From Amphiscolops sp. MND2022 (lineage: Eukaryota), in assembly GCA_964187785.1 (NCBI GenBank), contig OZ076409.1, positions 68,822,001 through 68,886,000 on the forward strand: DNA of 64,000 nt, in the 5' to 3' direction. Numbering within the stretch: position 1 is the stretch's first letter; each line of letters opens with the position of its first letter. Position numbers and translations under genes: made by a program. Below are positions 1 to 9,197 of the stretch, in pieces. The notes below the pieces were generated by a model. It had not been told where the DNA came from. It saw only the letters and a list, made by a program, of their open reading frames with translations, and ran no database searches.

Positions 1-500
1 CCCCATTCAATTTTTCGTCGCTGTTTTCCGAAATTTTTTTTGTCTTCAAAGGGTCCCCTTTCGATTTTATTTAAGTCCCCCTCGTAATATTCGGAGTTAA
101 GCGCTATATCGAAACTTTTGACGTTATATCCGAACTATATTGCGTTTTAGTAAAGAGGAGGCGGAGGTCCGAAAACAGTAGTTTTTCTTGAAAACGTACG
201 CATATTTCAAATTTGCGCTTTTTGAGCCCTAGACATGGCACCGACTTTAGACGTTTTATCTTTAGTCTTGTTATATTTTAACATGTTTTGACTTTAGTCT
301 TATATTTTAACTATGATAATACCGATCTAATTCAAGCATTTAATTTTAGCTCGGAAGCTTTTCAAAGAGATTCGTTGTGCCCCTTGAGCTTTAATGGGAC
401 ACCGACTTGGGCCGTTCCTGGGTTACTGCAAGTCATGTTCTTTTGTTCGAAAAGCGCCGACTTTTGCACTTGTGTAAAAATTTCACACTTGTTTGCTTAA
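1..500 (+). repeat. Fragments of the Helentron-type (HINE/DINE-1-like) repeat family within the WDPCP intron
   Basis: Contains family 3'-end motifs TTTTGAGCCCTAGACATGGCACCGACTT and CACCGACTTGGGCCGTTCC, also seen at ~52920-52965 and ~61507-61553. Confidence 0.55.
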
Positions 501-562
501 GGCAGCGACAAAAATTAGACACATGGAGGAAAATCAAAGTCTTCGAGATAGAAAGCACTAAC

Positions 563-1362
563 CATACAAGAATCCGGACTGGATATGTACAGAGACTTCT
601 CCAAAGCTTTCTCGAGCTTTCCGGTTCTTAGCAGCATTTGAATGAAACGCAATGAGTAGTTGAACATCCTGGGTTCAAAGATTTCAATCACAGAAGAAGC
701 AACGCGGCCAAGAGACACTGGGGAATGATACAGATCCAAAAGTTGGTCTATGATATCTTCGCTTTCAAAATCGATTGGCCTACAAAGACGTGAGTCCAGC
801 ATTTTTGATATAGAGTGGAACAATAGCTCATTATGTTCATTCCAATTCAGCATTTTCATCAGTCTGATGCAGTTTACATGCCACTTCAGTGACCGCATTT
901 CGGAAGTTAACAAATTTTGCAGGTTAAACTTTGGAGTTATGAAATCCAACATTATGAAAGGTCCTCTTGATACCAGAAGCAAAATTTTGGTATGAGGCCG
1001 CACTGCAGCATTCGCCACTTCTACCAAACTCAAATCAAACTGGTGGCAAACCTCAACATTAGTAACTTCCAAAGATTGACTCAAAACTTGGTTGATGTTG
1101 AAATTTGTGTCAGTGACTGATTCTTTACATAACGAAACTTTGATCGTGTTGCCGCCAATATCTATAACTTGCACTTCTCCCTTGTGACTGAAGAGAAATA
1201 TCACTAGACTGCTGTAATGCCAGCAAATGAAATCGACCGAATATTTGGAAGATGCGATCATTCTATTATGGGCCACTATGTCAACTATTTCCAATTCTTT
1301 TTCGGTCGAAGCTACCACGCAGTATCTGCCGTTCGGTGACCACTTGCAACAATGGATTTCGC
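563..1362 (-). CDS. WDPCP: WDPCP/Fritz-like, next exon; the gene probably continues left of the window
   Basis: Phase-1 intron 1363-1537 (GT...TTTCAG) joins in frame to GEIHCCKWSPNGRY. Motifs SHKGEVQVIDIG, RGP, LNW, YHSP and RFIQMLLRTGKLEKA match the WDPCP pattern (SNQGELQIFD, RGP, MNW, FYAP, RFFHHLLRYQRFEKA). Likely donor GTTAGT at 562. Confidence 0.78.
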
Positions 1363-1537
1363 CTGAAATAAAAAAAAGTCAATATCAGGAACATTGCCAG
1401 ACAGCTCAAAGCGTTCAACTGATTTTCGAGAGAAGATCAAAAGAAAAGGTCAAGCGAAACAATCTTGGCACATTACATTGAGTAACTCAATGTATTATAC
1501 TCATTGCAAAAACGAACAAAAAACCAACCAACCAAAC

Positions 1538-2274
1538 CTTTCATTGCAATTGTCAGATTCTCTGTACGTTGAAGATCTTCGGCAAAAACTACGAAAGAAG
1601 AAAGAATACAGGTTGAACTAGGATATGACATCTTTTCCGCTAAGTGAAACCCATTCTGAGTGAAATCTATGTGAAGAATTTCTCCTTCCAGAAAATAGGA
1701 TCCGATATCAACAGCTACTCCCTTGGCAGAAACAGTGAACACAACTAAATTGTTCACTGCATTCACTGGGTCTAGCTGCATCTGTTGGCTGTAATCTAGA
1801 TATTGGGTCGAATTCACCCTCACAGGATTCTTCCTTGCATATACGACAAGTTGATTGTTGTCTTCATTGACGGCGATTCGCCACCGCAATTGACGAATGT
1901 CTAAAGACGGCAAATCATAGAAGTTGACTTGAGGATCATAATTTGAAAGCTTGATGACTTTGTTTCCAGAAAAGTAGACCGGAAGAGGCTTTCCGAAAGA
2001 TATGACAGACAATTTGTTGTTGCTTTGAAGAGTGCATGCGTAATACTGATCGCAGAGAATTGCATCAGCGATAAGATCATCCAGGAAGTATTTACTTGAT
2101 AGAGTTGTATCAATGAAAAGGAGTTCGACATCACCAGTTTCAGAGTTGACATAAACATGAACAAAAGTCCGATTAGCAAATGCTAACACAACGTATAAAC
2201 GAGTACGCCAGTGCACTGTCACTAATCGCTGATTCTTGATCAAACCTTCGAAATCTGGTAGCTTCGCTTTCAAT
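1538..2274 (-). CDS. WDPCP: WDPCP/Fritz-like planar cell polarity effector, internal exon (5' boundary uncertain)
   Basis: Translation (FEGLIKNQRLVTVHW...VELLFIDTTLSSKYFLDDLIADAILCDQY...NKLSVISF) resembles, from memory, the WDPCP N-terminal region (LEKVVIDRSLVGKLISDTISDALL...NKLCFIQF). GT donor at 1537-1536 after ...IAMK-G. Candidate AG acceptor at 2276-2275. Confidence 0.75.
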
Positions 2275-2999
2275 CTAAACACAGATTGCTACGTTAACAG
2301 AGGAAAATAGATTTCTTGAGAAACAAGCCTCGCATGATGGATTGAGATCGGTTTTGAACACCATTTCACTCGAAACAAATTGCTACTCTTGACATTTGTT
2401 GAATCAAAAAGTTTGTGAGTTCTTTTCTGTTTCCCCCTCACCACCAAAATTTTCGAAAATAAATTTCCTTAAAAATTTTAGACTAGCCTTATTAAAAATA
2501 AAACACTTTCATAACAGGAAGTTAACGTCTATTAGAATAGTTTTTTGTGTGACACATTTTTCACACATTTGGACTATAATTTTGATCATATTCAGTGTTT
2601 TTTTGTGACTCAAAGCAGGATTTAGCATCAAGAATGCGTACCTTCATAGACAAAAAAGTGTGAACAAAGTTTGTATCTCAATTCTAAACCATCACCCTGG
2701 AAAAAAATATTGAATTGAAGGTTTCTGGTTTGTATTCAAGTCCATCAAAATCCATATGGATCAAATTAAAATAAAGTGGAAGACATCTCTCCAGCATCCC
2801 GTCCGGAAAATTTACCTCCAAAAAAGTATTCGTTCGATTTGGGTGTTACTGAGGAATTGCCCCTTCCTTGGGGGTTTGAGAAAATTTCAGAAAATTTTTT
2901 CGGTATTTCATCCTTACTGATTCATAATGTGATCTCTTCAAGAACATTTACCTTCCCAGGCAGATGCCTCAACTACTTTTAAAAAGTCGGAGCATTATT

Positions 3000-3190
3000 T
3001 TTTTTCAAGACAGTCTTCCCTCCTCAATGATGGCACCACTGGCGGAATCAATAAATTGGTTAGGACCTATTTTTGTCGACCTGCAACCTCTTATGCAGAG
3101 GATCGAGCTTCGGAGCAGTGCAAAGCTTAGCTTAGTTCTGATGTATGCGATAGCGTCTGAATAGCTCGCGACTTTTTGCTCGCATATTTA
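3000..3190 (-). mobile_element. 3' fragment of a second RLE-type non-LTR retrotransposon family
   Basis: Minus strand reads SYSDAIAYIRTKLSFALLRSSILCIRGCRS, a typical C-terminus of CRE/NeSL-like elements. A related piece lies at ~52210-52400 (+). Confidence 0.6.
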
Positions 3191-5383
3191 AGTCTTTTTG
3201 TTATATATTATCACAAATTTTCCGAAAAAATATTGTGGTATGGTTAAACAGAAAAGATCCAAAGTTTGTAACAGCTTGAACCTTACTTGTCATTTTTCTT
3301 AGTAGATGGTTGGACCAAGCATCCCCTTTCCTGCAAGGAGGAATTCCTATGAAAAGTCAAAGACGTGTCACTTGTGTGGGTACGTTTGTCTCTGTAACAT
3401 CTAACGCAAGTACTCAACTCCACATCAGGGAGCAGCGAATCCTGATGCGACGAACTCCATAAGCAGCAGTTAACAAGAATTCCACTATCCATCAGTGCAG
3501 GTGTTTTATGTTCGGAGTAGTAGATAGAAATCCATCATCTCTGAAACGTAGAAAAGTTTCTGACCGAGATTTGTTTCAAAAAGTTCAACATATAGCCATC
3601 ATAACGGCTTTTCGGTCATGCGACAAGAACAATACTACTCCCACTCATTCAGTCAGCAGCCTTCCTTTGCAATGTCAAACCAATCTTCCCACTTTTTTGG
3701 CTCATTATTTTTGGAAGGCCCAGATGGTGTTACCGAGATTCCTATATATTCACCGAGGCTGAAGCGCGTATGATTGAGAAGTATCGCGAATTAATAGACA
3801 AAGGATACATTTTCTAACCAGTGGCGATGGAAGTACAGGGTTCTTTAGGCGAAAGCAGTGAAATTTTCATCACGCGTGAAAATGATCTGTCGTTTGCGAG
3901 ACGATCAATTAGCTAGCAGCGTTTTGAAGCAACGGATTTCAATGCCTCTTCAGATCAGCAATGCGGCCTGTGTTCTGAGAAATTTATTACATATAACTTC
4001 TGTTTTATCGCCTTGCGGCATCAGTATCGGTTCCGTTTGTCTTCTTCAGTAAACTGAGGGTTTTGCATTTGTTCGTTGCTTGGTGTCTTGACATGTTTGC
4101 AAGCGCTATCAGGGAATCGCATCTCAGGCAGACTCCTTTCTTCGGGACATATTTTCGAGCTGAAGGCAAGTCTTTCTGTGATGTTTCGAGCACTTTTTCA
4201 TGTGGTTCTTCAGTGTGGCTCCTTGTGTGAAAGTCTTGCCGCATTTCTCGCATTGAGTTTCTTTTTGTTGCGAGTCGTGAAGCCTTTTCCTGTGTATAGC
4301 TAGGCCTGCTTTGCTTCTGCACACTTTGTCACAAATCTCGCATTGAAGGGTGTTTTCGGTTGGTGTTTTCGTCGATTCCCTTCTGTCTCTGATGATTTCA
4401 TCGGGTTGGATTACGTGGTTGTGGCCTTGCTGTCTCTCATATTCTTCGAGGTGTTTTACTCTGTTCCGTACGAGCGCTCTCCACTTGGTTCGATCGGTTA
4501 TCAGGTGTTCAATATTGTTGGGATCCTCGCCGGCTTCATTGATAAGTTTGCGCCAGTATGTTATGATGTTTCTGTGTGGGAGTTTTTTCGTCTTATTCTC
4601 TTCTTCTAGTTTGCTGTACCATCCTAGCACTGCCTGTTTCACCAACCTGTCATCGTTCATTCTCAGAACGTGGCCCATTCTTAGGAGGTGAGCTTTATCT
4701 ATCTTCGTTCTGAGAGATGTTACATTCAGTTGTTCTCTGATGTCCGCCATATTTAAGTGTTTCTCTTCCATCTGGCGTAGAGGTTGGCCATTCTTATCGC
4801 TCCAGATGTATCTATATCTCTTGTCCATGAAAGTTTGCATCCTTTTGATCTCTTTCAGCTTGAACGGGCGAACCGATGCATTGAAGAGCATAGTGCTCTC
4901 TATGCAGGCTTCCACTACTTTGGCCTGTGTTCGCTTGGTCAGACGACATTTCAGGAACCTCCTTTTGATGGTAGCCCAGTTCTTTCCCGCCCTTTGGATG
5001 CGTTTCGTTGTGTCATTATTGTTCTCCATCCACGTTCCAAGCATTCGAAGTTCTGTGTTGTTCTTCTCGTCGCCAAAAACCATTTTCTCCTCTTTGTCTA
5101 AGTTCGTTTGTTCTTCAAACTCGAGGAGACATCTTTCCACTATCCTCTTTCCCTCTTCTACTTCATCGTTGTGACCGATTACTGTTGTATCATCAGCGAA
5201 GAGAGAGAGCGTGAAAATTTTTTGGCTTGCATCCGAGTTTTGTTGACCTCTGCGTTGTGGAGGAAATCTGTTTCCTGGTAAATACGACCATCTGATCCCG
5301 CATTGTTTTCCATTTTCCCTGGCAGCTTCCTCCCGCTTGCTCTCTGCTATGCGAATAGCTGCTTGGTGATATATGTTGAAACC

Positions 5384-5407
5384 CGGCCCTGGATTGCTTT
5401 CAATGTC
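5384..5407 (-). other. 2A-like (StopGo) motif DIESNPGP in the RTE ORF
   Basis: KCSALETDIESNPGP matches the D(V/I)ExNPGP consensus. Confidence 0.7.
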
Positions 5408-5574
5408 TGTTTCCAGAGCAGAACATTTGTAAACCCTCTGATGTCTTCGGTTGACAAACGTTGCCGATCGGTTCGCCTGTTTTCTTTTTGAAGAGGTGGA
5501 CTGGTCGGCTAATCCAGCTACCCTCTGTTCCGGAGAGGCTCTTCCAGTTAGTACCTGGTATGTGCCCCCCAGCC

Positions 5575-5643
5575 TGAAATTCTTTTTGTCGTCAGAGACG
5601 TCCACTAGGCACCATGCGAGGAGGTTGAATTTCATCGCCCAGC
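5575..5643 (-). ncRNA. Second copy of the HDV-like ribozyme (231-bp tandem duplication)
   Basis: Same sequence as 5806-5874, offset by 231 nt. Confidence 0.83.
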
Positions 5644-5805
5644 TATTACCCTCTGATTTGTAAACCCTCTGATGTCTTCGGTTGACAAACGTTGCCGATC
5701 GGTTCGCCTGTTTTCTTTTTGAAGAGGTGGACTGGTCGGCTAATCCAGCTACCCTCTGTTCCGGAGAGGCTCTTCCAGTTAGTAACTGGTATGTGCCCCC
5801 CAGCC

Positions 5806-5874
5806 TGAAATTCTTTTTGTCGTCAGAGACGTCCACTAGGCACCATGCGAGGAGGTTGAATTTCATCGCCCAGC
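5806..5874 (-). ncRNA. HDV-like self-cleaving ribozyme at the RTE 5' end
   Basis: P1 GCUGGGC/GCCUAGU with G1-U wobble; P2 UGAAAUUC/GAAUUUCA; P3 ACC/GGU; L3 UCCUCGCAU; GG for P1.1; P4 CGUC-UCU-GACG; J4/2 ACAAAAA with candidate catalytic C. G1 (5874) abuts the TSD. Confidence 0.85.
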
Positions 5875-5885
5875 TATTACATATA

Positions 5886-6012
5886 ACCTCAATCAGAATT
5901 GGATCGTCGTCATCAATCAGCGTTTCTTAAAAAACGCTTCTGTATTCATCATGTGACCCCAGCCCGGGCGGCAGACAAAAAAATCCAACCAACATAGGAA
6001 ACATAAAAGAAC
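5886..6012 (-). mobile_element. 5'-truncated retroposed element (family B) ending in a box C/D-like module
   Basis: TSD TTTATTACATATA at 3983-3995 and 6013-6025. Minus strand reads ATGATGA...CTGA-TTGATGA-CGACGATCCAATT-CTGA. Homologous to 31991-32246. Confidence 0.75.
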
Positions 6013-6753
6013 TTTATTACATATAGTAAAAAAATAGTATTTTTTAAAAAAAGTCTGTATATCATTGCAGCTTTGAAAAAAATTGTTTCTACTGGTCGAC
6101 AGGGATAGTGGCTGGTATGGGGTACCTTTTTCGCCCGAATTGTCACCGAAACGTCCAGAATCTCTCGTTGCATACCACGGGTGTGTGTCTTCTCCCCCCA
6201 ACATGATGTTTCACGTGGCACTTGATCGATCACGAAGATCCATGATATCTGATAGTGGAAAAAAGCACCCCAATTTCTTCAGTTGAAAAGCCTCTTTTGG
6301 TTTATAGCGGAAAAAAAGCGTTCCGCAAGCAGAGACTGCCAATTTTTTAAGGCACAATGGGACTCATCGAAGATTTTTTGAAAATGGTTGCAGAAAAAAT
6401 TCAATTTTTTTTCAGAAAAAGCAGCTTAAATTTTTCATTTTAAGACATTTTCTGGGGTCAAAGTCACATGACTCAAAGTCATTTGGCTTAAGAATTTGAA
6501 GCCGAATCACCATAAAACTAAGTCCATTCTCACTCCAGCACTGGTCAGAAAAACAACTTATTCAAAAAACCAAAAACGGACTTTTCAAGAAACAAAAACA
6601 CCAAACAAAAATTGTCCAAAACGTTCAGCCTGTTTGTCGTCTGGCTTGGTCGCTTCGCTCCCCTCGCCAAGTAGCAACATTGAGGCATGGTTTATGGCCA
6701 TATTTATAAAGAATCAAAAAAGGTAGGAAAATTGACTTGTATAATTTGTTTAT

Positions 6754-7098
6754 GGGTGGGCGGAAGTAGGTCGAAGGAACGGGATCGAAAATCAGAGTTA
6801 GTCCTCAGGTCGACATACCAAATTTTTGAATGGGATCGAAACAACTCGGATCGAAAATTTTTATAACGTAGTCAGATATGTTCACATACCCCTAGTGCCC
6901 TGAATGCAGGAGCGAAGCGAAGCGACGTGCCATATGGCCATGCCTCAATGTTGCTACTTGGCGAAGGGAGCGGAGCGACCGAGCCATACAACAAATACGA
7001 TAAAATTCGACCGCATTCCATTCGATCCTTACAATTCGATCAAAAAGTTCGACCTCTGTCTTTTCGACCAAAAAAATTCGACCTATTTACAGCCACCC
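6754..7098 (+). mobile_element. Mutator/foldback-like MITE, 345 bp, 9-bp TSD
   Basis: TSD TTTGTTTAT (6745-6753, 7099-7107). Imperfect TIRs GGGTGG...TAGGTCGAA / TTCGACCTA...CCACCC, with arms rich in GGTCGAA/GGATCGAA repeats. Confidence 0.8.
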
Positions 7099-7222
7099 TT
7101 TGTTTATGAGGGGGAAAGTATATGGAAGAATTTCTCTTCAACATGAAGAACACCCCGAGAACTTTATTTGTTGCAGCTTTAAGATGATGATTCCATTTCA
7201 TATCATCAGATATAAGGATTCC

Positions 7223-8707
7223 AAAATCCTTCTGTATCGTAAATTCGCGAAATACATCTCCAGAGAGGTAGAAATCCACATCGCTAGCGTGTAAGGCAAG
7301 ATGGGAACATTTGTCGAAATTAAGTGGTGGTTGATGCTTATCACTCCATCTTTTAAGACGAGACAATTCCAGCTGAAAATGGAGCTTTTGTTTCTTATTT
7401 GCAATAAACTTAGCGTCATCTGAGCAAAGCAGGGGTAACGAAGGAAAGGTAAATTCAATGAAATCGAGACTTCGGGAACTCCGCTCGTTACTTTTTCAAA
7501 TCCAGAAAAGTGACTATTCATGCAAACATTCTGTTGGCGATTCGTTAGAATGGATTGTATTAAGTTGAGTCTTTTCGGATCAAAACCAAACTTAGAGAGC
7601 TTAAGAAAAAGTAATCCGTATTACACGTTGTCAAAGTCATTCTCATAGTCGTAGTCAGTATATATTACGTCTACACAAAGCCCCGACTGGAGCGCATTGA
7701 ATATCGTTTCAACATATATCAATAATTGTGGGACAGGGTTTTCAATTGATTGACATTTCGAAGAATTGAAAATATCACATTTTGAGGAATTGGAATTGCT
7801 GTCAATTCCTTGGTCGAAGAACTGGAATTGTCAACAGAATATACATGAATAATTGAGATATTTATGGTCGCCAGAATATGGCTTCTAAATATTTTCATAG
7901 TAAGTCCAATGACATACATGTAAAATTATGAAAATTAATTTTCCTTGTTGACAAAACATTTTAAAATCCTTCTGTATCGTAAATTCGCGAAATACATCTC
8001 CAGAGAGGTAGAAATCCACATCGCTAGCGTGGAAGGCAAGATGGGAACATTTGTCGAAATTAAGTGGTGGTTGATGCTTATCACTCCATCTTTTAAGACG
8101 AGACAATTCCAGCTGAAAATGGAGCTTTTGTTTCTTATTTGCAATAAACTTAGCGTCATCTGAGCAAAGCAGGGGTAACGAAGGAAAGGTAAATTCAATG
8201 AAATCGAGACTTCGGGAACTCCGCTCGTTACTTTTTCAAATCCAGAAAAGTGACTATTCATGCAAACATTCTGTTGGCGATTCGTTAGAATGGATTGTAT
8301 TAAGTTGAGTCTTTTCGGATCAAAACCAAACTTAGAGAGCTTAAGAAAAAGTAATCCGTATTACACGTTGTCAAAGTCATTCTCATAGTCGTAGTCAGTA
8401 TATATTACGTCTACACAAAGCCCCGACTGGAGCGCATTGAATATCGTTTCAACATATATCAATAATTGTGGGACAGGGTTTTCAATTGATTGACATTTCG
8501 AAGAATTGAAAATATCACATTTTGAGGAATTGGAATTGCTGTCAATTCCTTGGTCGAAGAACTGGAATTGTCAACAGAATATACATGAATAATTGAGATA
8601 TTTATGGTCGCCAGAATATGGCTTCTAAATATTTTCATAGTAAGTCCAATGACATACATGAAAAATTATGAAAATTAATTTTCCTTGTTGACAAAACATT
8701 TTAAAAT
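7223..8707. repeat. 740-bp direct tandem duplication (CR1 fragment plus hAT end)
   Basis: 7223-7962 recurs at 7963-8702 with about 2 substitutions seen; AAAAT microhomology at the junction. Confidence 0.9.
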
Positions 8708-8997
8708 AAAACTTACAAGTACCTTATAATAAAATATAAGGAAAGTATAATGAAATACCAAATGAGTCACTGGAATAGATGACTATTCTTGTTGAGGAAA
8801 ACGTTGCGCGAGTGGTTGCTACTTTGCATTCGATTTTGAATATTTTCTTTGAAATCCTTCCCAGAGAAAACATTCGCTCAACATCAGCAGATGTTGGTCT
8901 GAATTTACCATGAATTCTGTCATATCAAATGAATCTTCTTCAACTTCGTTGAGAAACTCTTCAAATGACAAAGCTGATTGTTGGTTCTAAGCATGAT
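8474..8997 (-). mobile_element. hAT transposon 3' end, truncated by the gap
   Basis: Minus strand reads GKFRPTSADVERMFSLGRISK...NHSRNVFLNKN (hAT C-terminal dimerisation motif). CAGGG terminus at 8474, duplicated at 7734. Confidence 0.75.
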
Positions 8998-9197
8998 NNN
9001 NNNNNNNNNNNNNNNNNNNNNNNNNNNNNNNNNNNNNNNNNNNNNNNNNNNNNNNNNNNNNNNNNNNNNNNNNNNNNNNNNNNNNNNNNNNNNNNNNNNN
9101 NNNNNNNNNNNNNNNNNNNNNNNNNNNNNNNNNNNNNNNNNNNNNNNNNNNNNNNNNNNNNNNNNNNNNNNNNNNNNNNNNNNNNNNNNNNNNNNNN
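8998..9197. other. Assembly gap (200 N)
   Basis: Run of N. Confidence 1.

Larger units (their letters stand above)
3998..5874 (-). mobile_element. Internally deleted RTE-clade non-LTR retrotransposon with 13-bp TSD
   Basis: TSD TATTACATATAAC at 3985-3997 and 5875-5887. ORF 4124-5866 holds RT motif FADD, an RTE-like thumb region (GHVLRMNDDRLVKQAVLGW) and zinc fingers (CEICDKVCRSKAGLAIHRKRLH; CEKCGKTFTQGATLKNHMKKC). A third finger follows a frameshift. The endonuclease and most of RT are absent. Confidence 0.85.
3748..6266 (+). mobile_element. 3' fragment of the CRE-type LINE, interrupted by two nested insertions at its stop-codon region
   Basis: 3748-3995 matches the CRE C-terminus (LKQRISMPLQISNAACVL). 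The 3' UTR resumes at 6013 and ends in the C/D-like module plus a short A tail at ~6259-6265. Confidence 0.8.

Noticed and set aside
2275..2460. Possible 54-nt GC-AG intron (2328-2275) and upstream WDPCP exon
   Set aside because: Frame-compatible, but the donor context is weak, there is no ATG and no clear homology; not supportable without RNA data.
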